A stretch of 63,635 bases of DNA, filler included, from Octopus bimaculoides (taxonomy: Eukaryota), in NCBI RefSeq assembly GCF_001194135.2. It is 6 parts of 5 records of this genome, joined end to end, with 100 filler letters (N's around TTAATTAATTAA, not from the genome) between each part and the next. Parts side by side here need not be neighbours in the genome. Positions count along the whole stretch, not along the records: positions 34,287 to 41,056 come from NC_069010.1; positions 41,157 to 50,424 come from NC_069007.1; positions 50,525 to 60,160 come from NC_068997.1; 3 more parts are not named here. The stretch is one strand, 5' to 3'. The notes beneath the pieces are model-generated. The model ran no database searches. It saw nothing but the letters and a program-made list of their open reading frames with translations, and was not told the origin of the DNA. Position numbers and translations under genes: made by a program. Below are positions 38,430 through 51,625 of this stretch, one piece after another; the stretch's first letter is position 1; each line of letters begins with the position of its first letter.

Positions 38430-38900
38430 GTGAGAGAGAGAAAACCTATGTGTCCTGACATTATGGTCACCCTGTATCAACAAACACATCTTCAATCCTC
38501 TAAACCTGTCTATATGCCCCTAACACCTATAGGTCCTCATCAAAAACGTTTCCAATCCTTAAAGCCTCTATGTCTCTCTATATCTCCTTAACCTCTGCAC
38601 AAAACTTTCTGGTCCTTACCAGACATCTCCAGTCTATTGGCTCCTACCAAACTTAGCTCAAATGCCCTAATCTTGTTTGTCTACATATCTTTAAACCCTA
38701 CCACAAAAGCCTGTTGGCCCCTGTCCTTACATCCCTACTGCAAACCACTAAGCCTCTCTGTCTACCACTAACCCCTGCTACCAAATATTTTGCCCCTACC
38801 AAACACATCTCCAGCCTCCTAAGCCTGTCCATCCGTATATCACTAACCCCTAACATAAGTCCCCGTTAGCCCTTACCAAAGATAACCCCAGTCTGTTAAG
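38430..38900. repeat. Degenerate C-rich tandem repeat
   Basis: Recurrent CCTACCAAACACATCTCCAG...AAGCCT motifs. Confidence 0.55.
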
Positions 38901-38943
38901 CCTGTCTCTCTATGTCACACTATTCTCCAATTTTCTTTTGCAG

Positions 38944-39006
38944 AGTAAATCATTCCGAGAGAAAATGAAAATAGATGATCTGCTGGAAAACTACGTCCCA
39001 CCTGAG
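38944..39006 (+). CDS. SEC14L2-type protein exon (SKSFREKMKIDDLLENYVPPE)
   Basis: ttttgcag / GTATAT, 63 nt phase 0-0; resembles [20 protein letters not shown]. Downstream exons were not found in the window. Confidence 0.88.
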
Positions 39007-39602
39007 GTATATATACTTATATATACACCCACCTTTATTGTCATTGTAAAAATATTATCATCATGTTATCGTTTAATATCTGTTTATCATGCTGGCATGG
39101 GTTGGGCAATTTGACAGGGGCTGGCGAGCCAGAAAACTGCACCAGGCTTCACTGTCTGTTTTGGCAGGGTTCTTGTACAGCTGGATGCCCTTCCTAATGC
39201 CAACCACCTTACAGAGTGAACAGAGTGCTTTTTACATTAGCACCAGCACTGACGAGGCCGGTTTTGGCATATATATACGCACATTTACTAAAACTATGTA
39301 TACACAAATGCATTTATTGTATATAGAGACACCTAGTTCTGAGTTCAGTCCCACCATGTGGCATCGTGAGCAAATGTCTTCTACTCCAGCCTTGGGCTGA
39401 CAAAAGCCTTGTGAGTGGATTTGGTAGACAGAAACTGAAAGAAGCCAATCGTATATATATATGTGTGAGTGTCTGATGTGTGTGTGCTTGTATTTGTCCC
39501 CTCATCCTTGTTTGACAACCGATGTTGGTGTAGTTACATCCTTGTAACTTTGCGGTTCAGCAAAACATACTGATAGAATAAGTACCGGGCTTACATTTTT
39601 AA

Positions 39603-39755
39603 TCAACCAAATATGAACCATTTTGTTGCACAATGCGTCTCCATCTTTCCTTTAACTTGAAAATACTCTCTTCCCAGAATTGAGGTGGTTTCATGGCAAA
39701 TAAGTCGAAAGGTAAGCTACTATAAATTGGCACGAACTTTCCGGACAACCCAATA
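39603..39755 (-). mobile_element. Internally deleted mariner
   Basis: TIR-like TATTGGGTTGTCCGGAAAGTTCGTGCC joined to transposase end FWEESIFKLKERWRRIVQQNGSYLVD*. Confidence 0.75.
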
Positions 39756-40659
39756 TTTTACAGACAAATAAGTAAATTTCAAAACACAGTGTAGCCGTGA
39801 AAACAGCAGAACGTTTGGGTATGTTACCGTTTATAAGGTGGAAAAAGTTGCCACAGACAGCCACGGGACTTGAGCCCACAACCTCTCTGATATCAGCTGA
39901 GTACTGTACCATTAAGCTAANNNNNNNNNNNNNNNNNNNNNNNNNNNNNNNNNNNNNNNNNNNNNNNNNNNNNNNNNNNNNNNNNNNNNNNNNNNNNNNN
40001 NNNNNNNNNNNNNNNNNNNNNNNNNNNNNNNNNNNNNNNNNNNNNNNNNNNNNNNNNNNNNNNNNNNNNNNNNNNNNNNNNNNNNNNNNNNNNNNNNNNN
40101 NNNNNNNNNNNNNNNNNNNNNNNNNNNNNNNNNNNNNNNNNNNNNNNNNNCGTTCCCAGCAAGTTGTTTTACACCTATTAGACTAACGTTTTTAAAAATT
40201 TTTGTCACCGGGTCAAACACTATAATTCAGAGGCCATGGAATGAAGATGTGAATGTTCCGAGTCCTCTCCCCACCCCGCCTTTCGCGGGAGCGCGCTTGT
40301 TTTTTTTTCATATTCGTTCAGAACAAGTCGTTTTACATCTATTACACTATTTTTCTTTCGTTTCTTGGCTCCGGTGAGGCGTCTCGGAACATTCAGGATG
40401 CGAATATTCCGCGGCCTCTCTCCACCCACCCGTTCGCAACAAGTTGCTTTACACCTATTAGAATATTTAATTTTTTTATTTCTCACCGGGTCAAACCCTT
40501 TAGTTTGACCGAATTTTTAACGCTAAATAATAGCTTTTGGAATGAAACGACATTTTATAAACAAACTTCGGAAACATCTTCTAAGGGCAAAATACCCAAG
40601 CTTTCTGCTGTTTTCAAAGCTATTCTGTGTTTGAAATTTTCCTTACTTGTCTGTAAAAT
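39755..40659. mobile_element. Unclassified element with ~85-bp inverted arms, tRNA-like segment and internal duplication
   Basis: 39755-39840 is a degenerate reverse complement of 40575-40659; 40151-40213 resembles 40430-40497; related copy at ~51630-52050. Confidence 0.55.
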
Positions 40660-41021
40660 GCCACACACAAGTTCCTTTATAAAATGTTGTATACACACAG
40701 ATATGCTCATTATATCTACATTGGCACCTTCGTTGTGTGTATGTTTTTATATTTACACTCACTCTAATTGTCCCACGTAGTTGTAAATGTGATGTTCTGA
40801 TCAGGAGTGGAATGTTGGCCTGTCCACTAATGAGGTGAATAGCAAACAAGTAAAAGATAACACACACACACACGTATGACAGTAGAACGTGTGTAATAAT
40901 TGAAGGCGGTACTGGTCTACTATACAGATCAAATGCTGTGCAAGTAATAGTCCTGGAGTAAGGGAGGTAACTCTGGTTGATCCAGTTGTCCAACTATTTT
41001 TATATGAGTGATTGTAACAGG

Positions 41022-41056
<35 letters not shown>

Positions 41057-41156
41057 NNNNNNNNNNNNNNNNNNNNNNNNNNNNNNNNNNNNNNNNNNNN
41101 TTAATTAATTAANNNNNNNNNNNNNNNNNNNNNNNNNNNNNNNNNNNNNNNNNNNN

Positions 41157-41219
<63 letters not shown>

Positions 41220-41522
41220 CATATATATATATACACATATATGTATGTAGATAAAGGATGTTTTTATTATTAGATATCCTGCCACAGTCTTATAATGTCG
41301 ATAGGGGCGGAACTTTAAAGTCAATAAGATTATTATTATCAATATGTGTGTTCGTGTGCATGGCATGTTTGCGTGCACACACACACACAAACACAAACAC
41401 ACACACACACACATGATTCTTAAAAGACTGAACACCTAATCAGAAAAAGTCTGTTTCTCATATTTATGTATATGTATTATATATATTTATGTATATAAAC
41501 GTACACATTTATATCTATATAG

Positions 41523-41594
<72 letters not shown>

Positions 41595-41674
41595 NNNNNN
41601 NNNNNNNNNNNNNNNNNNNNNNNNNNNNNNNNNNNNATATATACATATATATATATACACATACACACAGATAC

Positions 41675-41720
<46 letters not shown>

Positions 41721-42639
41721 AACTGCATGGTATATAATATTAGATGAAAGAAATACTATACAGGAATTAACCAGTTAATCCACCAGTTCAGCTCTTCTGT
41801 AACTTGACAGTTCTAAAGACAACACACACATACACCATTCAATCTCTGTGTGTGCATATAGATGTGTGTGTATATATATACATACATACATATATATACA
41901 TACAAACATATATACATACAAACATATATACATATATTAGGGTCATTACTGTCTCACAACCTAATAACCCTATGTTGTAGTTCAATGAATAATTTTATAA
42001 AAGTCAGGAAACTAATATTCATTTTCCTTTATTTGAAAAGAATTTCACCCCCAACTTAAGAAAGCGATTACCACTTTTGTCCCAAATCATGCAAAATTGC
42101 AGTAGGTTCACAAGACCTGCTCAAGTTTTTACCAAATTTGGTGTGCTGACTCAATGCAATGCAGAAATAACATATATGAAATTTCAGCTTTCTAGTCAAA
42201 GTAGTTTTGGAGTTATGGGTTTTTTAGGCCTTTCGTATTTAAACCAGCCATATCTGGCCCAGATATTCTATATGTTTTATAATCAAACTGGTGATATCTA
42301 GCCTCTCACACCTAACCTACAATGTCGTTCTAAAAATAAACAATCAAATCATTGAAACCTCAAAGCTATAAGATAATACATGATTAATTCAAAACAATTT
42401 GAGTGAAAAAATATTACATTTGACAGAGTAATCTGAACCCTAAAGGGTTAAACTATAATCACCAGATGGCATTAGATTTGCACTTTAGTACTTCTGCTGT
42501 CTAAATCCTTATAAATGCAAGAGAGATGTGGAATAAAAGTGTATTTATATATTTTCAAGATTACCGATTTTCAAGATTATTGCTCTATGCAAAGGTTCAA
42601 AACTAGACTATTTTAAGAGAGAGGCCATTACCTCTTCTA

Positions 42640-43090
42640 CAGAAGCTGTTAAACCGTGGAAGAGGTAGACCCCGGAAGACCTGGGATGAGGTGGTGAAGG
42701 ACGACCTTTGAACATTAGGCCTTACCGAGGTAATCACTAGTGACTGAGACCTTTGGAAATATGCTGTGTGGGAGAAAACCTGGCAAGCCAAGTGAGACCA
42801 TAACCTGTGGCCTCTGCCAGGGGTGTAACCAGCCCACTTATGCGTACCTTTCCTTCATCGGACACTAAACTCTGCTTGCGAAGGCATGTTGAGGCAAGTG
42901 AAATTGAAATCAAATCAAATTCGCAAATTCGATGACTGGTACCTGTGCCAGTGGAGCGCTAAGAGCACAATCTGAGCGTGATCGCTGCCAGAGCAGCTGA
43001 CTGGCTTCCAGGCCGGTGGCACGTAAAAAGCACCATTCGAACATGTTCGTTACCAGCGTCACCTTATTGGCACTTGTGCCGGTGGCATGT
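42640..43090 (+). mobile_element. RTE-clade LINE 3' fragment
   Basis: RGRGRPRKTWDEVVKDDL then 3'UTR repeats. Confidence 0.8.
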
Positions 43091-44044
43091 GAAAAAACAT
43101 TCGAGTGGATGGATTTGATAGATGGAAACCGAAAGAAGCCCATCGTGTATATATATATATGTATATCATCATCATCATCGCTTGATGTCTGTTTTCCATG
43201 CTGGCATGGGTTGGACGGTTCGACTGGGGTCTGGAAAGCCAGGAGGCTGCCCCAGGCTCCAGTCTGATCTGGCAATGTTTCTACAGCTGGATGCCCTTCC
43301 TAACGCCAACCACCCCAAGAGTATAGTGGGTGCTTTTTACATGTCACCAGCACAAGGACCAGATGGGGCTGGCATCGTCCACGACTGGATGGTGCTTTTT
43401 ATATGCTTTTTACATATATATATATTTGAACACACAGTTTTCATCTACCAATTCCACTCACAAGGCTTTGGTCAGTCTGAGGTTCTTGTGAAAGACACTT
43501 GTCCAAAAAGTGCCACACAGTGGGATTGAACCATGAACCATGTGGTTGTAAAGCAAACTTCTCTCCACACAGCCACGCCTGCATCTATATCGTAAATATC
43601 AGATTAAAAGAATCCTTTGGAAAGAAAAATCCTACAGCCTTCAACATTTTATATCCAAAGGCAATTTTCCTTATTTCAATAATTACATGCTATTATTTAT
43701 AGCCTTATCTGCTTCAAGCTCTGCAGCAAGGAAAAGAAAAGCAAAAAAGGAAAACAACCTTTATTTATTTGATGTTCGATATGATAAGACTTGAAAATAT
43801 TTCTGGAAAGTTCCATTTATGTAATGAGTTAAAAATGTTGGCAATCATTATTTCATGTTTTCCAAAAACGGACATCAAAAAGGAATCGCAATGCATTCAA
43901 TTATTCTAACCATTTCAGTGAAGGACATGACATTGGTGTTGTTCTATCTTATCCTTGAATTGTTTGATAAAATTTCTGGATAAAGAATTCTCCATTTTTA
44001 GGAATAAAAAAAACAAAACAATTTGGGAAAAAGATTACCGAGAC

Positions 44045-44680
44045 CTGACTACTGACCGAGAAGACCCGGCAAGCCAAGTAAGATCGTTGCCAGTGCCCCT
44101 GGACTGGTTCTTGTGCGGGTGGCACATGAGATGCACCATTTTGAGCGTGGCCGTTGCCAGTACCGCCTGACTGGCTCCCGTAGGATTTTCGAGCGAGATC
44201 GTTGCCAGTGCCCCTGGACTGGCTCTTGTGCGGGTGGCACATAAAAGACACCATTTCGAGCGTGGCCGTTTTCGTGCGGGTGACACGTAAAAGCACCCAC
44301 TACACTCTNNNNNNNNNNTCTTGTGCGGGTGGCACATGAGATGCACCATTTTGAGCGTGGCCGTTGCCAGTACCGCCTGACTGGCTCCCGTAGGATTTTC
44401 GAGCGAGATCGTTGCCAGTGCCCCTGGACTGGCTCTTGTGCGGGTGGCACATAAAAGACACCATTTCGAGCGTGGCCGTTTTCGTGCGGGTGACACGTAA
44501 AAGCACCCACTACACTCTCTGAGTGGTTGGCGTTAGGAAGGGCATCCAGTTGTAGAAACTCTGCCAAATCAGACTGGAGCCTGGTGTTGCCATCCGGTTT
44601 CACCAGTCTTCAGTCAAATCGTCCAACCCATGCTAGCATGGAAAGCGGACGTTAAACGATGATGATGATGATGATGATGA
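44045..44680 (+). mobile_element. RTE LINE 3'UTR with internal repeats and (GAT)n tail; partly duplicated across a small gap
   Basis: Same family tail; ~44090-44307 repeated from 44319. Confidence 0.8.
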
Positions 44681-46456
44681 TTGTCTTCAAATCTGGCAGA
44701 GAATTGGTGCCATTTTGTGTTTTTCAGTATCCTTCTTTGTTACTTTTCCACCTTCATCATCACCATCGTCGTCGTCATCATCGTTGTCGTCATCATCGTC
44801 GTCGTCATAGTCATCATCATCATTATTAGATGAAACCTCACAGCTTATTTCGCTGGGTATGATGGAAAGGGGGTCAGCTGTCCACATCCAGCAGACTAAG
44901 GTGACATTTGTTTTACTGGTCATGCTTCAAGAACCCTGCCAAAGAATTCTTGCACTAATTATTATCATTATTATTATTATTCCTCCTCCTCCTCCTCTTC
45001 TTCTTCTTCTTCTTCTTCCCCTCCTCCCCTCCTTCTATGTTTTCATCTCTTTCTCCCCCTCTTCTTTTCATTTCCTCTTTTTCTTCATCATCACCACTAT
45101 CCTTGTCATTGTCATCATCATCATGGCAATGATCATTGTCATCATCGTCGTCATCGTTGTCGTTGTCATCGTCACCACCATCATCATATTCAACATCACT
45201 GCCGTCATCATCATCATCATCCTCATCACCATTGTCGTAGTTGTTGTTGTCATCATCATCATGGTAATCATCCTCATCAACAATGACAACTGCAAAGGTG
45301 ATGATAATGACGATGACGATGAGGATTAAGATGATGACAATGATGATGTTAAAGGTGACGATGGTGGTGGTGGTGGTGGTGTTGCTGCAAGCAGTATTGG
45401 TGGTTGTCATGATGACGATGATGGTGATGGTGATGATGACAACCTTAATTCTTGCACAGGAAATAGATTAAGACATGTCTACTCAAACAAAAAGATAAAC
45501 CAACAACAACAACATATTATTATTATTACTATTATCATCATCATCATCATCACCACCACCACCACCACCACCACCATCACAATCATCATCATCATCATCA
45601 TTATCTACCGAAAATTTTAGAAATAATTAGATAAGTAATTTTCTTGTTAACAGAAATAATTGTTTTAGATTAATTAAGCATATAATCTGAATGCTAACAG
45701 GTCAACCGGTGACNNNNNNNNNNNNNNNNNNNNNNNNNNNNNNNNNNNNNNNNNNNNNNNNNNNNNNNNNNNNNNNNNNNNNNNNNNNNNNNNNNNNNNN
45801 NNNNNNNNNNNNNNNNNNNNNNNNNNNNNNNNNNNNNNNNNNNNNNNNNNNNNNNNNNNNNNNNNNNNNNNNNNNNNNNNNNNNATGGCTTGATTTACGC
45901 ATTTGCCACCACAACCTCGTTTAGGCTTAGCAGCCCTTCCTGTTTGTTCTCATTGTCCTGTTTGTGTTACCAATTTTGCCCCTCTACAAAATCCCAAATT
46001 TTATTTAATTTGCTTTGCAGGAGCAACTGTTTTATCGAAAGCGTATATTGTTGCTAAATGCTCAAAATACGAGACTAGAAAAACAGCCAACAACTGACGA
46101 AGGGTCGTTCTTTATGTTGTTTAACTTGTTTTCCATTTGTGTCTTTCGTTGATTTTATTTACTCCACGTACCCAGACGTTGTGGACACCCTGTATATATA
46201 TCATCATTATCATCATCATCATTTAATGTCCGCTTTCCATGCTGGCATGGGTTGGACGATTTGACTGAGGGCTGGTGAAAACCAGATGGCTACACCAGGC
46301 TCCAATCTGATTTGGCAGAGTTTCTACAGCTGGATGCCCTTCCTAACGCCAACCACTCCGAGAGTGTGATAATAATATAATAATAATATAAATAATATAT
46401 ATATGCATATATACATATGAAACGAGTAAAGCAATGAAAGTATATATACATATGTG

Positions 46457-46501
<45 letters not shown>

Positions 46502-47018
46502 NNNNNNNNNNNNNNNNNNNNNNNNNNNNNNNNNNNNNNNNNNNNNNNNNNNNNNNNNNNNNNNNNNNNNNNNNNNNNNNNNNNNNNNNNNNNNNNNNNN
46601 NNNNNNNNNNNNNNNNNNNNNNNNNNNNNNNNNNNNNNNNNNNNNNNNNNNNNNNNNNNNNNNNNNNNNNNNNNNNNNNNNNNNNNNNNNNNNNNNNNNN
46701 NNNNNNNNNNNNNNNNNNNNNNNNNNNNNNNNNNNNNNNNNNNNNNNNNNNNNNNNNNNNNNNNNNNNNNNNNNNNNNNNNNNNNNNNNNNNNNNNNNNN
46801 NNNNNNNNNNNNNNNNNNNNNNNNNNNNNNNNNNNNNNNNNNNNNNNNNNNNNNNNNNNNNNNNNNNNNNNNNNNNNNNNNNNNNNNNNNNNNNNNNNNN
46901 NNNNNNNNNNNNNNNNNNNNNNNNNNNNNNNNNNNNNNNNNNNNNNNNNNNNNNNNNNNNNNNNNNNNNNNNNNNNNNNNNNNNNNNNNNNNNNNNNNNN
47001 NNNNNNNNNNNNNNNNNN

Positions 47019-47100
<82 letters not shown>

Positions 47101-47202
47101 TGTATGTATATATATACACACACACACACTCATATATAATGATATCCTCATATATAAACATATATTTGTGTATATACATATATGAATATGTACATGTGTA
47201 TC

Positions 47203-47237
<35 letters not shown>

Positions 47238-47379
47238 ACCCTTGTGTGGTGCAGCTAATACTATTACAACTGTATAATCTAAGCAGAAACAGAAACACAT
47301 ACCTGTGTCGATAAATACATATGGAAACCACACAAATTTAAATCTGTATTAAAACTAGAATACAAGCATCTGATAGTAA

Positions 47380-47585
47380 TGGGCTTCCCCACCCAGCTTA
47401 TTCCTCAGACCTTTCTCCTACCGACTATCAAGAGTTCCAAAATCAAACCGTTGCTGAAAGTACGTTCAAAAAGTTCATCAACTCCAGAACTCCAGATTTT
47501 TAAGTAACTGGAATAAACAAACTTGTAACTCTTTGGCAAAAATGTGTTGATTGTAATGGTACTGACTTTGATGAATAAAATTTCC
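47380..47585 (+). mobile_element. mariner 3' fragment
   Basis: LPHPAYSSDLSPTDY...GINKLVTLWQKCVDCNGTDFDE*. Confidence 0.8.
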
Positions 47586-47672
47586 ACATTGTTGAAATAT
47601 ATTGTGATGAATTTCATGTTTCAAAAAATTGCTTACTTTTTACTCAGCCTGATATGTGTACGTGTGTGTGTC

Positions 47673-47705
<33 letters not shown>

Positions 47706-48734
47706 ATGCATGTGTGTGTGTGCATGCATGTGTGTGTGTGGGGGGGGGGTATGTGTGTGTGCATGCNNNNNNNNNNNNNNNNNNNNNNNNNNNNNNNNNN
47801 NNNNNNNNNNNNNNNNNNNNNNNNNNNNNNNNNNNNNNNNNNNNNNNNNNNNNNNNNNNNNNNNNNNNNNNNNNNNNNNNNNNNNNNNNNNNNNNNNNNN
47901 NNNNNNNNNNNNNNNNNNNNNNNNNNNNNNNNNNNNNNNNNNNNNNNNNNNNNNNNNNNNNNNNNNNNNNNNNNNNNNNNNNNNNNNNNNNNNNNNNNNN
48001 NNNNNNNNNNNNNNNNNNNNNNNNNNNNNNNNNNNNNNNNNNNNNNNNNNNNNNNNNNNNNNNNNNNNNNNNNNNNNNNNNNNNNNNNNNNNNNNNNNNN
48101 NNNNNNNNNNNNNNNNNNNNNNNNNNNNNNNNNNNNNNNNNNNNNNNNNNNNNNNNNNNNNNNNNNNNNNNNNNNNNNNNNNNNNNNNNNNNNNNNNNNN
48201 NNNNNNNNNNNNNNNTATATATATATATATATATATATTGTTTATTCAATAGTTTGCTTAGACATTGTCACACTAAAACCCTCATGTAGAACTCAATACA
48301 TGTATCCTTGTGAACCAAGCATTAGTTAAGTACTTAGCAGTAATAAGAACAGAGATGAGAAAGGAATTATCTTATGGACTTCATTAGCTTACAGCTGTTT
48401 CTGCTATAAGATGTGATGGACTTACAGTTGAGTGTCTGAGTAATAACTTAGAGCTTCATCAGAGCCTTGAATATCTGAAGTGCTGTTTATTTGGGAAAAT
48501 GAATATGTTTAATTAAGCGTACATACAGGAAGGTATTACCAATGGAAAAGCAAATATATGGAGGCTGAAATCAAAGGGATCCACCCGGCTCGATTTGGCT
48601 TCCAGATTCGGATGGATGGATGGATGGATGGATAGACTGACAGAGAGATAGATAGGTAGACAGATAGATAGAAAGATAGACAGATAGATAGATGGATAGA
48701 TAGATGGATAGATAGATGGACAGATGGAGGGATG

Positions 48735-48768
<34 letters not shown>

Positions 48769-49904
48769 TAAATAGATAANNNNNNNNNNNNNNNNNNNNN
48801 NNNNNNNNNNNNNNNNNNNNNNNNNNNNNNNNNNNNNNNNNNNNNNNNNNNNNNNNNNNNNNNNNNNNNNNNNNNNNNNNNNNNNNNNNNNNNNNNNNNN
48901 NNNNNNNNNNNNNNNNNNNNNNNNNNNNNNNNNNNNNNNNNNNNNNNNNNNNNNNNNNNNNNNNNNNNNNNNNNNNNNNNNNNNNNNNNNNNNNNNNNNN
49001 NNNNNNNNNNNNNNNNNNNNNNNNNNNNNNNNNNNNNNNNNNNNNNNNNNNNNNNNNNNNNNNNNNNNNNNNNNNNNNNNNNNNNNNNNNNNNNNNNNNN
49101 NNNNNNNNNNNNNNNNNNNNNNNNNNNNNNNNNNNNNNNNNNNNNNNNNNNNNNNNNNNNNNNNNNNNNNNNNNNNNNNNNNNNNNNNNNNNNNNNNNNN
49201 NNNNNNNNNNNNNNNNNNNNNNNNNNNNNNNNNNNNNNNNNNNNNNNNNNNNNNNNNNNNNNNNNNNNNNNNNNNNNNNNNNNNNNNNNNNNNNNNNNNN
49301 NNNNNNNNNNNATATATATTCGTATGTAAATATTTGTCACCCCACCATCGCTTGAAAACCGATGTTGGTGTGTTTACATCCACGTAACTCAGCGGTTTGG
49401 CAAAAGAGACCGATAGAATAAGTACTAGGCGTACAAAGAAAAAGTCCTGGGGTCGATTCATTCGACTACAGAGTGCCCCAGCATGGCCGCAGTCAAATGA
49501 CTGAAACAAGTAAAAGATCAAAGATCATGTATATAAATACAAACACACACACCCTAACATGGAGATAAAAAAAAATAAAATCCTAATCCAATTATAAAAA
49601 CTAATCTTTTTTATGTCCTTACCCACCACCACCACCACCATTTTAACTGCACCTTCTCCCTCTTTGTCTCTCTGTCCTATGCTGTATGGCTTCTCTTTCC
49701 CCATCTCCACCACCACACTACCTATACCTTCCCCTTCCTTCTGTCAGTCGCTCTCTCTCCCTCTCTCCCTCCCCCTCTCTCTGTGCCTATCCTTCATCCT
49801 GCCATCATCACCTACTACATCTCTTCTTCTTCTTCTTCTCCCCATCCCCACCACTGTATTATAATTCTTTTTGTTGTTGTTTTTCCATGTATTTATGTGT
49901 TCTG

Positions 49905-50424
49905 AGTTTAATGTCCAATGAAGGAAAGGTTGGCATGGGTGCCAGTCAACGAATTTGGTTTGATTTTCGATTTCGATTTCACTTGCCTCAACAGGTCTTC
50001 GCAAACAGGGTTTTGTGTCCAAAAAAGGAAAGGTACGCATAAGTGGGCTGGCTACACCCCTGGTAATGGCCATGTGTTATGGTCTCACTTGTCTTGCTGG
50101 GTCTTCTCACGCACAGCATATTTCCACAGGTCTAGGTCACTAGTCATTGCCTCAGTGAGGCCTAATGTTCAGAGGTCGTGCTTCACCACCTCATCACAGG
50201 TCTTCTTGGGTCTACCTCTTCCACAGGTTCCCTCAACCTCTAGGGTGTGGCACTTTTTCACACAGCTATCCTCATCCATTCTCGCCACGTGACCATACCA
50301 GCACAATAGTCTCTCTTGCACATCACAACTGATGCTTCTTAGGTCCAACTTTTCTCTCAAGGTACTTATGCTCTGTCTAGTATGCACACTGACATTACAC
50401 ATCTAGTGAAGCATACTAGCTCCA
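49905..50424 (-). mobile_element. RTE-clade LINE 3' fragment
   Basis: LREKLDLRSISCDVQERLLCWYGHVARMDEDSCVKKC...GRGRPKKT. Confidence 0.85.
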
Positions 50425-50524
50425 NNNNNNNNNNNNNNNNNNNNNNNNNNNNNNNNNNNNNNNNNNNNTTAATTAATTAANNNNNNNNNNNNNNNNNNNN
50501 NNNNNNNNNNNNNNNNNNNNNNNN

Positions 50525-50572
<48 letters not shown>

Positions 50573-50839
50573 GCACACACGTGAAGGTGCGTGGCTTAAT
50601 AATTAGGACATTCGGCTCACGATCGTGAGTTCAATTCTCGCTGCCGTGTTTTGTCCTTGAGCAAGACACTTTATTTCACGCTGCTCCAGTCCTCCCAGCT
50701 GGCAAAAATAAGTAGTACCTTATATACAAGTTCTTTTTCGAAACAGTTCTTGTTTAGAGAGCACCGGTTTGGAGATCTGAAGTTGCATTGTCTTTTAGGG
50801 GTATCGCTGGTGTATTTATTTTTTATTGTGATTGAGTTT

Positions 50840-51625
50840 TATTGACCCTAAATTGGGGAGGCAGCTCTAGCTAACTTTGACAGTGTTTCTATTGAAAATC
50901 TTATAGCATCTGTGTGAATGTGCGAACTGATTTTCTATTAATTTTAAGAATTTCCTGGTTATGTTAGCAGCTACATTCATGCTATAAGGTTGGTTGAACC
51001 ATAACATTTTCCTCTGCCTGCGTCTTCTTGGTTTATTTGTATGTGGTTCAATGTAGTTTATGCTATGCCTATGTACGAGGCTTACTCATTTGGTTTATGG
51101 TAGGGTTTAAATTTTCCAGCGCTAAAGTTCATATTAATATCTAGGAAGTTTACTTCTTTAAGATTGGTACTAACTGTGGTTCTTAGATTTAACTGGGAAA
51201 ATATTTTGCATAATCTTTTCCATATTCTATCCATATCGTGTCCATTTTTATTGTGAACCACTCCCAGGCCATTGTCCCTATATAAACCTTTAAGCTATTG
51301 TTAGCTACTTCTATTTCTTTTCTAAGGATATCCAGGATATAGAGGCTTACAAGGTCAGCTTTCTCTGCACCATCATAGCTCCCCATTTCCACGTCAAATA
51401 AGTCGTCTTTTTTACCCAGTAAGAATTATCATGAAAAAGTAATGACTTCCTTGCGTCCATAATTATATTTATATCAGTGGTAACATATGCCTCACTGAAT
51501 TCAAAGGCCTTCTGAAGTAAAATTTTGGAGATTGAGGTTTAAAACTCTACGAAATCAAATTGTATAAATTTGCATCTGGGTTAATCTACTATTTTCTTAA
51601 ACCATTCAATAGTTGCACTACTGCA
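50840..51625 (-). mobile_element. Penelope-like element RT relic
   Basis: WFKK...CKFIQFDFVEF, DVEMGSYDGAE, VNFLDI, WFNQPYS...KIFNRNTVKVS; degraded. Confidence 0.88.

Noticed and set aside
39850-39920. Functional tRNA-Ile(GAU) gene
   Set aside because: 5' end lost in a gap, mismatched D, anticodon and T stems, and embedded in a repeat; treated as tRNA-like only. SINE heads were rejected as tRNAs for the same reasons.
44090-44520. Long direct repeat and its overlapping ORFs
   Set aside because: RTE 3'UTR duplicated across a 10-N gap; likely an assembly overlap and non-coding.
44687-44923. 78-aa minus ORF and plus-strand LISLGMMERGSAVHIQQTK exon candidate
   Set aside because: Largely (GAT/GAC)n; the unique part has no recognisable motif or consistent splice path.
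46021-46110. Exon-like segment after tttgcag, and CTGACGA as a second hammerhead core
   Set aside because: No good donor and no similarity to SEC14 or FANCM; no stem II-GAAA after CTGACGA.
46290-49521. Long ORFs of YI, CV, TH and X runs (also 13933-14522, 36619-37443, 56306-59742)
   Set aside because: Dinucleotide repeats and N gaps.
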